Numbered from the stretch's first letter, positions 39,209 to 53,728 are shown. The stretch: 64,000 nt of DNA from Paraspadella gotoi (GCA_051294375.1 CM119267.1:16036105-16100104); one strand, 5' to 3'. A program made the numbers and translations. The notes: a model not told the origin generated them from the sequence alone.

Positions 39209-40700
39209 GAAGCCAAAAAAAAGCCGGAGAGAAAAATATGAGAAGACAAGGAAAAGAGAGTGCCAAAAATGTAGATAATGAGCGCGATGAGACAAGGTTA
39301 AAAAGGCTGTTCAGAGAGTGAGAGAGAGAGAGAGACAGAGAGACAGACAGACAGAAAAAAAATGAGATGGAAGAAAAGAAAAGGGAAAAAAAGGAGAGAG
39401 AAAGAAAAAAAAGGAAAATGGGAGAAACAGACGAGAATCGAAAAACCATCGAGGAGAAAACGAGGAAAGAAATGGAGAAATGAAGAATGAAGAGAAAGGA
39501 AAGAGAAGAAATGGAGGAAAGAAATGGAGGAAAGAAGAAAGAAAAGAGAAGAAAAGGAGAAAAGAAAAGAAATGGAGGAAAAAGAAAGAAGAGAAAGAAA
39601 AGAAAAGAATAGAAGAAAAGAAAAAAAAAGGGAGAAAAGTTAAAAGGAGACGAAAAAAAAAATAAATAGTAAATAAAATTCACCGAAAGTTGGAAGAGTA
39701 GAATAATAGAATAATCAAGAAATAAAGAGAAATAAGAGGGATTTATTATTTACAATAAAAAAATAATATAAAGGAATTGCATATCGGACAGAATTTAAAC
39801 AAAAACGCCGACAAAAAAGTCTGAATAAAAAAAAAATATTCAAACTAAAAACCGTTAAACGACGAAAGCAAATTTACTCGCAGAAAAATAAAGTGAAATT
39901 TGAAAAAAAAAAGATTTTAGAATTTGTGTCATTTAATTTTAAGTCAATGTTCAAATGTGACAAAAAACACGGAGAGAGAAGCAAATAAAATACAGACGCA
40001 AAAAATATGATGCGGCAGCAAAAATCTCAACGTTGTGAAAGCGCATAAAATCTATCATCTGGCATCTTCAATAGAATTTAAGGTTTTCAAAATATAATTA
40101 ATTTTTTCTAAAATATTAAGTATATGTTAGACGGAATTTGCCTGTGATTTACATCACATTATGCGCGATTCCTTTGAAAAAACTTTAAATGTCAAACGAA
40201 CCTCTATTATCATAACGAAATTCACTCAATTCACAACGAAATGACGACAATCACGTGAAAGGCGCGAGACGTAACTTCACAACAACCATTTCCTTCCAAT
40301 TTTGTTTTATGTTTCGCTGTTTATGTTTTGCTGATTTTTGTTTTCATTCGGTTTTTCTTATCTCCGCCGCACCGAAGGTCGACCGCTTGGAAAATGTAGC
40401 AAATGTTGCAAATCCACAGCCGGAAAAAAAAGAAAGAAATAGAAAGAGAGAGAGAAAGAAAGAAAGAGAGAGACAGAGAGAGGTGGGGAGGGGAAAGGTA
40501 GGGGGGGAAGAGGGAGAGAAAGAAAGTATTGGAGGGTCAAGAGGTGACTTGTCCTGGTTGTAGGAACATTGGTTTTGGTGGTGAGATGATACGAGTTTGT
40601 GACTGAGAAAAGTTAATGGGAAACTGAAGGGAGTCGAAAAGGAAAAGGCGTCTCTAAGAAAGAGGAAAGGGAAGGGTAAGTTCTGCTGCGTAAGAGGAGA

Positions 40701-40731
<31 letters not shown>

Positions 40732-40883
40732 CGAGACGAGGAGAGAGAAGAAGAGGAGAGAGAACGAGAGGAGATGAGAGAGAGAGAGAGAGGAGGAAGT
40801 CTGGGTAAGAGTCGGAAGTGAGAGTCGTTAAAAAAAAGGCAAGTTCCTTTGGAGGCGCGGAAAAGGAAAATTATGACGACGGA

Positions 40884-40930
<47 letters not shown>

Positions 40931-41014
40931 CCTCAGTCGGAGAAAAAATGGGAGCGGAAAAAAAATAAATTGAAAGGAACCAGAATTGAGGGAAAACAAC
41001 GATAAAGTCTCCGT

Positions 41015-41055
<41 letters not shown>
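40884..41055 (+). repeat. Two (GAC)n microsatellites
   Basis: Pure GAC runs at ~40884-40929 and ~41016-41055. Confidence 0.9.
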
Positions 41056-41162
41056 TGAAAAGACGGAATCCGTTGAAAATAGACTGAAGGTTGAATGAGG
41101 AAGAATTGAATCGACGTCGACGCCTTTAATTTAAAAAACGATTTCTTTACCACTTTTTTTTT

Positions 41163-41422
41163 TTAGTTGCGCCGAGAGTGCAACTCTATAAGTCACTTTT
41201 CGGTCGGTCGGTCCGTTTTTTTAGTCTGTTTTTCTTATTTTTTAAATGATCATATCTCGACGAATTCTGAATCATTTTGAATAATACTTGGAATAATGTT
41301 TTGTATTATGAGACGCATACATGCATAAAGGTATTTGTGCACTCACATGATCATCTAGAAAAATGTATATGCCATAACAAAATTTTTGCAGAGCAACACC
41401 CAAAACTTACTGGTTCTTGTTT
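41163..41422 (+). mobile_element. Non-autonomous Helentron-derived element (DINE-1/HINE-like), copy 1
   Basis: T run, then AGTTGCgccgagagtGCAACT stem-loop, CTATAAGTCACTTTT and a (CGGT)n tract. 3' end GCAGAGCAACAC...ACTGGTTCTTGT followed by a T run. Both termini are shared with 50816-51164. Confidence 0.7.
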
Positions 41423-42056
41423 TTTTCTTTTTTAAATCTATGTCTTTATTTTTTTTACAGCTTACTTCTTTCGTTTATTTCTCCTCGTACAATGATTGTA
41501 ATCTTATCTTATTAATGTTGATTTGACTTTTTTTAAATTTTGATTTCATTTTGTTGGCACACTAGCAAAAATTGCTGATGTCCCAGAGAGGATAAATACG
41601 TATATATATTTTTCAATTACTGAGTCAGTCAAGCAACATATTTCACACTCACTCGCTTTTGGTAAGTTAAATATTCCACGTCCGGATGAGATCGACAGCA
41701 AGAAAGCGACAACAACAACAACGCTTTCTACTGGACCTGGAAGAGCATTTTCGATGTAATGTAATACGCGGTTATAAAAAATGATTCCTAACTTATGTTT
41801 TTATGATTAACGATAACGAAAACTCACCGAATAAACTTTTTAAAAATCATTTTCACTTCCAAAAAGAAAAAAAAAAGAGGTAATGAATATCGCTAGATGC
41901 TTTCTACTTTGATCTGGTATCGTTAACGACGAAAGACGATTCAGAAATCAAAAAAAAAAAAATCCTTTTATTCATTAAAAAGGAAAAAAAAGGAAAAAAA
42001 GGAGAATGAAAAAAGGGAATCAAAATGGGTTTCGTTGCTCGTCTCATTTCATTATT

Positions 42057-42286
42057 CACCGCGTCCTGGGCACCGCGAGTCCTCAACATCGCGAGACGCG
42101 AACCGCGGCTTAGCGAATCCCTGGTACCGCGAATCCCCGGCACTGCGAATCCAAGGCACTGCGAATCCCTGGCTCAGCGAATCCTTGGCACCGCGAATCT
42201 CCGGCACCTAAAAATCCCCGGCACCGCGAATCCCCAGCACCGCGAATCCCCAACACCGCGAATTCCAAGCACCGCGAATCCCTGGC
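42057..42286 (+). repeat. 16-bp GC-rich minisatellite (GGCACCGCGAATCCCY), ~11 good copies plus degenerate 5' copies
   Basis: GCGAAT core recurs every ~16 bp from ~42113 to ~42280. Confidence 0.9.
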
Positions 42287-43021
42287 CCAGCGCCCCATCG
42301 CTTTCCACGCCCCCCGAAAAAAAAGCGTTCAAATTCAGGGAATAAAAATTCACAAAATCCGGAGGAAATCTGTGGTGGAGATAAGAGAGGAGAAAAAAAT
42401 GAAAGGAGGAAGGGAGAGAAAAAGGGAAAAAAAAAGGAAAAGGGGAGGGAGGAAGGAAAGGAAAGGACGAATAGGGGGTAAAGGGAAGGGGAAAGGGAGC
42501 TAAGATAGAAGAAAGAGGTGAGAAAAGGGGGAAAACAAAGGAGGATAAAGGAGATCCGGAAGGAAGAAAGGAAAGAAGAAAAGAAAGAAGAAGCCAAAAA
42601 AAAAAAAAAAATAAAGGAAAAGTAGAAGAAAATATGTGGAATTTAAAGATCGATTAAAGGAATAAGAAAATTATTAATTATTATGTTATACAATAATACT
42701 TAGAAAAATAAAACTGCAAAGTAAAAGGCGAATCACGCGTATTAAAAGCTAAAGAGAAAGAGATAGAAGAAAATGAGTCAGAAATAGAAAGACGAAAAAT
42801 AATGATCAGATTAAGAAGAAAGATAGAAAAAGATAATGGAAAGAAGAAGAAAAAAAGGGAAAAAAAGGAAGATGGAAATGTCTGCTGGGATAAAGAGGAC
42901 GTTGAAAAATTGAAAAATTCTCAGGGAATTAATGGTGGGAAATGATTTTGACAACAGAATTCGGAGCAAAACAAGTGACGTCAAGAAACGTTAACCTTTT
43001 CTCTCAATCTTTCCCAGGCCT

Positions 43022-43122
43022 TACCCAGTTCTGGCCCAGTCCTCACCCAGTCCTTTGTTCAGTTCTCGCACAGTTCTCACTCAGTTCTCTCTCAGTTTTC
43101 ACTCAGTTCTCAGCCAGTTCTC
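43022..43122 (+). repeat. 11-bp minisatellite (CAGTTCTCACT-like) x9
   Basis: cagt at 43026, 43037, 43048, 43060, 43071, 43082, 43093, 43104, 43115. Confidence 0.85.
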
Positions 43123-43359
43123 GTCTTCGAGAAGAAAATCCAAAAAACGTTTTTAGCCAAAAGTCATAAAATCCGACTCAAGGAAAACGGGACGGTGAAA
43201 AACGGCTCACGGAAATTCACCGTGAACGAAACGACTCACTCACTGAGTCTAAGAAACGATCACAATCAGATCGGGCGTTTCGTGAGAGGGGAGACGACAG
43301 AACAACAAAAATTTGGGTTTAATTAATCATTGTCCAAAAAATTGAATTTACGATTTAGA

Positions 43360-43392
<33 letters not shown>

Positions 43393-43538
43393 ACAAAACA
43401 ACAAGTTGACAAAAGATTTTTGACATGAACTATTTTTTTCCAAAACTACATTAAATTTCTCAGCGACAATCCTTTTAAAACATGGCGAACGCGAAATAAT
43501 TTCGAAAAAAATATAAGAAAAGAAAAGATCGACATGGT

Positions 43539-43632
43539 GCGCCGTCATCTGCGTCATCGTTGCGTCGCTGATCTAGTGCCATGCTGCATTTCGCATCTGC
43601 GTCATCTGCCGTCATCCGTTGGCGTCGCTGAT
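43539..43632 (+). repeat. Local direct repeat, ~33-bp unit with ~60-bp offset
   Basis: cgtcatctgcgtcatcgttgcgtcgctgat (~43543) vs cgtcatctgccgtcatccgttggcgtcgctgat (~43600). Confidence 0.7.
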
Positions 43633-44764
43633 TCGTCCGCCGTCATCTTCGTCGTCATCTCCCTCAACGACTTCTGTGATTTCGAAATCGTCGACGTGAT
43701 TATCGTCGTCGTCGACAATTATCTGTTTTCACACAGCGAAAGCGAACTCAACGTAAAACGAGTTCCGTTTAGTAGATCGAGAATCTCTCAATCGGACCGA
43801 CAACAACACACGACGACCACGCGAGAAAGCGACAACAACGCCGGATGAGCGAAGACGCACGACGACGACGACGGGATGGAAAAGAGAAACGAGAGCTTCC
43901 TAATGAGGAGGTCCAGTTTTTATTGGGCAAGAAATTAACTGGAACGGCATTTCGATTCAAACTTTAACCATGCCTCTCAGAAAAGAGATGAGGTCGCCGT
44001 TGTCAGCAAGGAGCTCTGTTCCGTGAGCACGGATATCAAAAGCGAGGGTACCCCTACGCACGACGACGTGACCGGACCGTACGAACTGACGAACGACGAC
44101 TAAAAAGCAGAAAAAAAACGACACCCTTTAAAAAAAAAGAAGAAATACAAAATCTCGAATGTGAAATAAATAGTTAAAGCTGTAGTTTGTAAGTCTTGAG
44201 CACAGATCTCTACTACTATACCTATCGATTAAGTCTCTATTACTACAATACTAATTTTTTCCTCAATCTTCTCCTACGATTGCCTTTCTTCCGCTATTCT
44301 TAGCAGATATGATATCTTTTTTTCACATTCTCAACAACACAATAACTTCCGTCAATTAATATAAGTCGTTACTCCGCACAAAGAAAACGGTTTTGGACTT
44401 GTCGGCCCTCGATCTGTTCTCAATTCCCGTTTCATAGAAAGAAAATTCTCTCCCCCCCCTCTTCTTGCCAGATATCGGAGACCTGATTTTATGGGAAAAA
44501 ATCGTCGCAATATTGGATATTGTGATATAAATCTCGGCGATATATTGGATCTGGTGATATTGTGATATCGATTATTCCCCGCTTCTCGTATCGGTCGTTG
44601 TATCTTAGAGTCTCTCGGACGAGACGGTTCTTTTCCTTTCTTTTTTTTTTTTTTACAAGGCTAATCTTTGCGTTCGACAAATGAATCTCTTCTTTCAACA
44701 AATTGCGGGAATAAAAAGTGAAAGATTGAGATGGAGTGGGGAGAGCGAAATAAATGTGAAAATA

Positions 44765-44803
<39 letters not shown>

Positions 44804-45227
44804 AGAAGAAGAGAGCGCGAGTAGCATAAATAACATCATCATGGGAGACAAAATGAAATTAATGTCGCCGAACACGATTCCATTTTTTAGGGTCAATTTG
44901 ACGAGAAAAAAAATATTTTTTGATGATTGTACCGATTTTTTTGCAAACGCTGAGTTCAGTGTTTAAATGTCGATATTTAACTTTGACACAAAAATGTTTT
45001 TTTTCCCGTCTGAGAGAAAATATCTCGATGGAAATTAAATTTCACATTTTTCGATGCTTAGTCTCGTTTTTACGACTTTCGATTACATTTTATTTCGAAT
45101 TTTAGGCCGAAAATTTGAAAATGAAATACGACGCACGTTTCTTGCGAACAAATTTAAATCGATAAAAAAAAAAGAGAAAAATCTGAAACGGAACAAAAAC
45201 AGAAACAAGGGGGAAAAAGGATCTCAG

Positions 45228-45287
<60 letters not shown>

Positions 45288-46286
45288 GAAAGGAGAAAAA
45301 CAGAAGCGGATGCGATTGTGGCGAGGACCAAAGACGCAACAGTTGAGGCGTCGTCGTCGTCGTCGTCGTCGTCGTGGCGTCCCCGGTCTCGTGCGCGCGC
45401 GCCCAATCTCGCGTGTCTGCTGCGATGCACGACGACGACGACGCGAGTTTGCGCGACGACGACGCGACTTGCGTGCGAATCGGCGCCAATCTTGCACGCA
45501 AATTACGAGATTCTCGCATGCACTTTGATTAAACGCTTATACACCGAGTGAGCAAAATTCTGCAAGCCGATTACGAAGCATCGTTTACTTTAGTATGTCC
45601 TCCGGAGATTAACATTCGTCCATTTAATTGTCGAAGGGATGTACATTGTAAATTTGTGTTTTTTCTTCATAAGATCGACAGGGAGGGGTAGAAGACGCCG
45701 TTGTCGACGTCGTCGTCGTTGTGATAATTTCGCTAATTAATTCGTTTGTGTGAACTTTATTTTCTTAAGCTTCTTCTCGTCAGTGGAAACGAGAAAGCCA
45801 AGTTTTAATACGCGATAATTATTTCGTTCTTTTCTCTCTCTCTCTCTCTCTCTCATGATTAGCTATAATTTTCACAAGTTTCGCAATTTTCACTTTCAAA
45901 GCCTATGAGATTTAAATTTCGAGTTAGATATAGGCCAAAATGTTGATGAGGGTTCAATGCAATAAAGTCACTCATTCAAGTTCTATGCAAAGTTTCTAAT
46001 TGGATGTTTGCAACTTATGAATTTGGAGCTGTCGACGATCGACTTCCCAATTTCAACCAAATATCAAATCCCAACTAATCCAATCATGCACTAGGTTTAG
46101 AGGCTGCGAGAAATATTTTTAATTAATTAACTAATTAACATTCTTAATTGAATTTCGATCTCCATGATCGATGACATCTTCTTGGGCTCCTTCGCCTCTC
46201 TCCATTTCTGGCCGCATTCTTCATTTTCTGCTCTTCGGGTCTCGCTTGAGGTCATTCGACTCTCTCTCTATCTCAGACCAGACGTT

Positions 46287-46321
<35 letters not shown>

Positions 46322-48097
46322 NNNNNNNNNNNNNNNNNNNNNNNNNNNNNNNNNNNNNNNNNNNNNNNNNNNNNNNNNNNNNNNNNNNNNNNNNNNNNNN
46401 NNNNNNNNNNNNNNNNNNNNNNNNNNNNNNNNNNNNNNNNNNNNNNNNNNNNNNNNNNNNNNNNNNNNNNNNNNNNNNNNNNNNNNNNNNNNNNNNNNNN
46501 NNNNNNNNNNNNNNNNNNNNNNNNNNNNNNNNNNNNNNNNNNNNNNNNNNNNNNNNNNNNNNNNNNNNNNNNNNNNNNNNNNNNNNNNTCTCTCTCCCTA
46601 TCACTCTTCCTTTTTTTACCATCTTTTTCCTAGAAACCTAAAAAAGGAAATTAAAAAAAAATTAATTAAGAAAAAATTTACAAAAAAATGTATCTGACAA
46701 TGTAATACTACTTTTTGGGCGAAAGATTGAAAAACAATACGTTAACGAAAGTGTTTACACACGAATATCTTGTTTTTATTTTAAGCAAACGTTTTTGCAA
46801 TACTTGCTTTTATTGTGGTCGTTTGGACTTTAACTAAAAAATATTTTAATACTATAATCTATGCTCATGATAGATTATTTCCATTAGCATTTAAATTTGA
46901 ACGGCAATGGCCTTAAGGGAGAATTTCATAGCAATTTATAAATTAAAAATATATATTTTGTAAATTTTTTTGTAGCCTCTTTCACTTTATTACTGACATT
47001 GCAAACCAATCAACCAATGTTTTATAAAGTTCACGGAATTCTGTTTATCTTAATTATGAAAAAAAAAGGATATTAGAAAGAAAATAATATCTGGGTTGCA
47101 CTGCCAAATTTATTCAACTTTCACGTCGGAGTTTTATTTGTTTTTATCGTATCATTTGTTGTTATTTATTTTTTTTATTTTCCGTCGAAGATTTGATGCG
47201 TAGAGTAAAAAAAAAAAAAAAANNNNNNNNNNNNNNNNNNNNNNNNNNNNNNNNNNNNNNNNNNNNNNNNNNNNNNNNNNNNNNNNNNNNNNNNNNNNNN
47301 NNNNNNNNNNNNNNNNNNNNNNNNNNNNNNNNNNNNNNNNNNNNNNNNNNNNNNNNNNNNNNNNNNNNNNNNNNNNNNNNNNNNNNNNNNNNNNNNNNNN
47401 NNNNNNNNNNNNNNNNNNNNNNNNNNNNNNNNNNNNNNNNNAAAAAAAAAAGAGGGGGAAAAAAGGAGATGCGGTTAGCAAATGGCGGAAGTAGAGAGAT
47501 TAGTCTCGCGACGACGATTTCAAAATCAAAACGATGAGACATAAAAGTTAAAAAAAAAGAAGAAAAAAAAAAGGAAAACTCCATTTCCTAAGGAAAAAAA
47601 AAAATCGCATTTTCCAATTTGGAAGGAAAAGCGCGCTCGCGCTGGAAACCACGAGAGATCGATGACAACAACGACAAAGTGAAGAACGACAACGACAACG
47701 ACCCCGATATCATCGGCGGAGACTACAAGCACAACCGATCACCATGACGACGACCTCGACCACGTCAACAGCTGGAACGACGACGACGACGACGACGACG
47801 GCGTCGTAAAATGGTAAACAGCGCAATTTTTATCTTTTTCCACGAAAAATAAAAACGTTTAGCATCGAGGGGATAAGGGTTGTAAAAGAGGCTTTAGAAC
47901 TCGGAAAGTTATTATCCCTTTCCACCGTAACTTCGACGGGGCAAATCTTTATTAAAAAAACAGAGAGAGATTGAGTGGAGAGTGAGAGGGAGAGGGAGAG
48001 GCGAGGAGGGGAAGGGAGAGAGAGAAAGGGAGAGAAAGGGAGAGGAGTGTCGATGAAAGGAGAGGAGAGAGAGTGTGTGTGTGTTAGATAAAGAGAT

Positions 48098-48239
<142 letters not shown>

Positions 48240-49171
48240 AGAAATAAAAAAAGATTCGTCTTTACTAAATTAGACGGAGATTTTATTTTTCGTGTTTCGA
48301 CGAATCTCCTCCGCCAAGATTCCGCCTCCATTGTTACTTTGTTTGGATGCAATCGGACGCTTGGGTGGCTTAGGTGCCTTGGGTGGCTCCCCTGGCGGGA
48401 GAAAACATAAAAAACCGCGGTAGAGCTCGAAAAACCCGACAGGGGAAAGAAAGGGAGTTAGAGAGAGAAAGAGAGAGGGAAGGAGAGAGAGAGAGAGAAA
48501 TAGAGAGAGGGATGGGGAGAGAGAGAGAAAAAGAGAGCGAGAGAGAGAAATTCAAGGAATTGTCTTTTTTTTTGAGTGTTGCTAAAGATAAGAAGACGTT
48601 GTCTGAGTCACTAACAAAGGGAGAGAGAGAGAGAGAGGCAACAAATTTGAGAAGAGAATGTTGCCAAGCTTTTTGCGGTGGTTCGAGCCGGAGTGAGAGA
48701 GAGACGGAGCGAGAGAGAGCGATAGAGAGAGAAAAAGAGAGAAGAGAAGGAATCGGGAGAGAGGCAGAGGGGGAGAGGGACCTTAAGAGAGGAGGAGGAG
48801 AGAGAGAGGAGGAGATGAGAGGAGGAGACGAGAGGAGAGAGGAGAGAGAGAAGGGAGAAGCAATAATAAAAGACCCTAATAAAAATAGCAATAACAAAAG
48901 ATTAAAAAAAACGTCTACCCGCAAGCGACAACTGTGGTGATAACGGACAACAAACACAAAAAAAAGAAAGGAAAAACAAACAACGACGGACGACGACACA
49001 ACGTTTACTGGTCTCGGTATTTACGACTGTCGCTCTCGTCAAAAGAAAAACAATTACGCAGAAGAGAAAGACTTTTTTTGAAAATGATGAAAAGTTTTTT
49101 TCTAGAAAGAAATGGAAGGCAGAACAAAAGTGGAAAAGAGAGTGTATGAGAGAGAAGAAAGGGGAAAAAAA

Positions 49172-49435
49172 AGAGAGGTTATGAGGGAGAAATATAAAAA
49201 AAAGAGAGCGTTAAGAAAAAAAAGAAGAGGTTTATGAGGTGAGAAAGGGATGAAAAGGAAGAGGTTTAAGAGGTCGATTATTAATAAAAAAAGAATTGAA
49301 TTATGAGGGAGAAAGGAAAAAAAATAGGAGGAGGGTTACGAGGGAGCAATGATAAAAAAGGTGAGTTATGAGGGACGAAAAAAAGCTTATGTTTATGAGG
49401 AAACCGAATTAAATAAAAAGTAGACGGTTATGAAG
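49172..49435 (+). repeat. Degenerate minisatellite with GGTTATGAGG(GA) core
   Basis: (g)gtt(t)atgagg variants recur about 8 times, separated by A-rich spacers of ~25-50 bp. Confidence 0.6.
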
Positions 49436-49806
49436 AAAAGAGACTTGTCAAAGGATGAACCAAAATAAATCAAAAGATTAATAAAGAATAATTCGAAAAA
49501 TAAGGAGAAGAATGATGCGAAAAAACAAAGCCACCGCAAGATTATTAACCACACGACCAAAAAATATAGAAGAAATGAAGTCGCGCAGCCGAAAAGAAAA
49601 AAAGAAAGAGAGGTTTATGAACGGTGTTGTTAGTTTTTAAACTATAAAATGAAAAGAGGGGTGGTCGTGTGGTGTTTATGAGGTGCCGCACCTTTTTAGC
49701 CTTTTCGCGCGAGAATCGGTCCTTTAAAATGAGGAGAAACGGCAGGGCGGTTCGCCGAAGCAGGTCTCACTCTCTCTCTCTCCATCCTCTTCTCTCTTCT
49801 CTCTCC

Positions 49807-49852
<46 letters not shown>

Positions 49853-50815
49853 CTCCTCTCTCTCTCTTCTCTCTCTCTTTCTCTCTCGTCTCTCTCTCTC
49901 TCTCTTTCTCTCTCTTCTCTCGCAAGCTTACAATGCCGCGTCACCAAGCTTACAGCCGGGTCTCACGATGAAACGAAGCCTGGGCTCTTGGGTCAGAAAA
50001 CGAGGCAAAGAAAAAACTCCTGCAATGGGATAAGGGGGGGGAAGTGGGGAGGAGAGAAAGGGCGTGGTNNNNNNNNNNNNNNNNNNNNNNNNNNNNNNNN
50101 NNNNNNNNNNNNNNNNNNNNNNNNNNNNNNNNNNNNNNNNNNNNNNNNNNNNNNNNNNNNNNNNNNNNNNNNNNNNNNNNNNNNNNNNNNNNNNNNNNNN
50201 NNNNNNNNNNNNNNNNNNNNNNNNNNNNNNNNNNNNNNNNNNNNNNNNNNNNNNNNNNNTAGGGTTGGGTTCTGGGTACTGGGTAAGGTCGACCTCTTTA
50301 AAAGGGTGAAGTAAGAGTATGGGGTGGTGGATTTTTAAAACTGATTTTTTAAATGATTTGATAAGAAAATGGATAACTGATATTTTGATGCTATTATATC
50401 GGGGTTCACTACGCATTGCGTTTTCATTTTATCCAATTGAAAATATTAAAAAAAAATATTTGACTACTTCATTGGTAAGGAAGCCTAGATGAAGTTAACA
50501 AAATTAAAATGTGGCAAGAGTCCTGATGAAAAGCTTGCCGGGGCTGGTTATTTTATTACGGCCTAAACCACCATTGACTGTTCAAAGTCAGGGCAAAATG
50601 GCCGTATTAAATCAAAGAGTAATTTTGTATATGTACGGCATAGGTTGTAAGAATTTCATGAAGTTACAAAATAGTTACTTTTAAGTGTCATGGGAATTTA
50701 AAGGAATTGAAGCGAAAGGAAGATTCAGAAAAACTCAGTGACGAAGAAAATCAAAGAAAAAAAAAGAAAGAACATATTTAAAATGAAGATGAAATTGAAA
50801 AAGTGGAAGTTGAAT

Positions 50816-51164
50816 AAACAAGACCGGTGATTCCAATGTGTTGCGCCGCAGTGACTTTATTTTCACGTATATAATATTATATGATATATTATATTATAAT
50901 ATATGATATGACATGCTGTGAAATGATTAAAACACTTTATTAGCCCTTATATTTTATTATATTATATTATATTTTATTTCATGTAGTTTTAGGATTTACG
51001 GAGGGCGGCGCTAGCGGTCCCTTAGATTTGAGGTTTTTTCCTATTTTAATAAATGAGCAACCAACTATAGGCATTTTTAATATAAGTAGGACAGACCGAC
51101 GGACAGACATACTGACCGACAGACCGACAGACTGACCGAAAAGTGACTTATAGAGTTGCGCCGC
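50816..51164 (-). mobile_element. Non-autonomous Helentron-derived element (DINE-1/HINE-like), copy 2
   Basis: Minus strand reads GCGGCGCAACTCTATAAGTCACTTTTCGGTC, then (GTCT/GTCG/GTCC)n (51088-51138), ending GCGGCGCAACAC...CACCGGTCTTGTTT. Same termini as 41163-41422. Confidence 0.7.
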
Positions 51165-51390
51165 GAGAAAGAAGTAGAAAAGTAAAGGACGACAAAGAGG
51201 ACGATGAAAAATTAAAGGCGAAAAAGTCGTCGCGAAAAAAGTTAAATGTAGAGAAAACAAAGTGGAAGGTAAAAACTATTACCCTCAAAGGTGAAAAAAA
51301 AAGAAAACAGTACGAAAAAAGAATCGGAGAAGGAAAAAAACCGCTTACCTTCGAAACACTAAAAAGAAACGCGACATTAAAAGAGGAAAA

Positions 51391-51507
<117 letters not shown>

Positions 51508-52700
51508 GGGATACGAGTCGGGCGTGAGAGGTGAAAATTCGCGATAGAAAAGTATCGAGGGGTGAAAAGCAGTAAACCGGCCTCCCTCTTCTTTTTTTTC
51601 CTTTCCTTCCTCGTGAATCGCGCCTCAGATGGCGTCTCCCGGTTTGAAAAGTTGAGTCGAGGCAGCGCTCGCCGCAAATGAGGCGTGGAAAGAAGAAAAA
51701 GAAGAAAAAGAAGGAAAAAGAAGGTAGAAGGAAAAAAGGGGAAAAAAAGGAAGNNNNNNNNNNGAGAGAGAGATTATAGAGAAAATGAGGAGTAGTAAAT
51801 CAATGTGCGTTAAAAGACGACGACGACGACGACAAAAAAGTACAACGACAAAGCGAAAAAAAAGGAACAAATCCCGAGCGATTTAACGTCTTTTCAAAAT
51901 TGGCTTTTCTTTCTCGAAATCGTGACGAAAAAAATCGCAAAGGTAAAAATCGAAATTTTTTTTATTTTATCACTCACGTAAATTTAGGGAAAATAAAAAA
52001 AATGACATCGAAAAGGAAAAGAAATGAATTCAATCTTTCGGAAATATTTTTTTTTGATTGAAATAATAAATAAAGTTTTGAATTCAAGGTCGTTGCTCCT
52101 CAAACGAGATGGCGCGGCGTCGCAACGACGGGCGCTACCGTCGCAGATATTCGAAGCGCCTTTGTTGACTCTGGACAAAGTCAATCAGTTTTAAGGCCGC
52201 TGCAGTCACGGCCGCTGCCGTGTCGGCGGCCTTCGCTGCTGCGTAGCGGGCGACGCCCGAAAAAATAAAAACGTTTTATCGTCGGCGAGGAGAAACGTGA
52301 AAACGCGGAAAGCTCGTTAGACAAACTGATAAGTTTGAACAGTTTGAACAGCAGTTTAAAAACTGTTAAATTTTTGATAAAATAAGAACGTTTCGAATAG
52401 TTTTTTTTTAAAGTTAACTTGATTGAATTCGTGGCTACGAGGAACGTACGCGGCCCCGCATATCCGACAACGCCAGCCGGTGGCGAAAAAAAAATAAACA
52501 AAACCGTCAGCGACAGATGCGCCGCCTCTCGGCAGATCCTTGGAAAAAAAAAAACAAATGAACGCGGAGGAAGAGGAAGAAAGAGAAGAGGGAGAGCGAG
52601 ATAAGAGATAAAAAACCACATGGTCTCCTTCAATCCACAAAAATTAGGTCCGCGGTTTGTTGCCAACTGGCCGTGTTGGCATAAATTTTTTAAGAATGAG

Positions 52701-52774
<74 letters not shown>

Positions 52775-53547
52775 GAGAGAGAGACGAATCAGTGTATAAA
52801 AGAGAGATGGAGTAAGTAAAAGGAAAGGAAAAAATCAGTTTCCGATACACAGTTAGCCTTTCACATTTAAGTTTCACTTGAGTTTCATGATTTCATTTAG
52901 AGAACTGATGGAGGAGGAGGAGTAGGAGGAGGAGGAGGAGGAGAAGATAAAGGAAGAAAGCGGAGGTGGAGGAAAAAGAATGCAGGAGAGGAAGGAGAAA
53001 TTGAAGAAAGAAGAGAATAAAAGGAAAAAGAAAAAAAGTGGGAGTAGATTAAAAGAAGAGAGGAAAGTAGGACAAGATGGGGGGATGGAGATTAATGGAG
53101 GAAGTAGGAAGGTAGGAAGGTAGGAAGTATTGAAGAGAAAAGAAAGAGAAACGGATGATAAAGGGGAGAAAGGACGGCAATTTTGTTAGTAAGAAAGAAG
53201 GGGTGAAAGAGAAAAACAGAGGGATGTAAATAAAAGAAGTTATGAAATTGATACAACCAATATAAAAATTATCCATTTATTAATAAATAAGCTATCTTGC
53301 CCCTGACTTTGGACAGGCTCCATCAAGTGATATAAGTGATAAAAAGGAAAGAAAGAGAGTAAATACAGAAGAAAAATGTGCGAAAAAAAAGGAAAAGAGA
53401 GAAAGGAAAAAGTAAATTAGAGAGGAAAGGAAAGAAAAAGGGAGGAAGTCTGGTTTACGAATGATGGATGCCTTCGAATCCGAGTGAATCGCTTTTCACC
53501 CGCAAAAATTTTCCCCCCGAATCGTCGACGTCATCGTCGTCGTCGTT

Positions 53548-53581
<34 letters not shown>

Positions 53582-53657
53582 TCATTAGCGACGCTGAGTT
53601 TTCGAAGCCCCACTTAATGATAAGTTTTGACAAACGCCTCCCGAGGCTCGTTTTTGC

Positions 53658-53658
<1 letters not shown>

Positions 53659-53728
<70 letters not shown>
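53659..53728 (+). repeat. (CT)n microsatellite
   Basis: Pure CT run. Confidence 0.95.

Noticed and set aside
42025-42345. 106-aa ORF with repeated RIPGTANP motif
   Set aside because: It is the translation of the 16-bp minisatellite, whose period is not a multiple of three.
48374-48940. 188-aa Glu/Arg-rich ORF and similar ERER, LSLS, poly-R/V/S/D/T ORFs across the track
   Set aside because: These are translations of (GA)n, (CT)n and (GAC)n tracts with no domain-like sequence.
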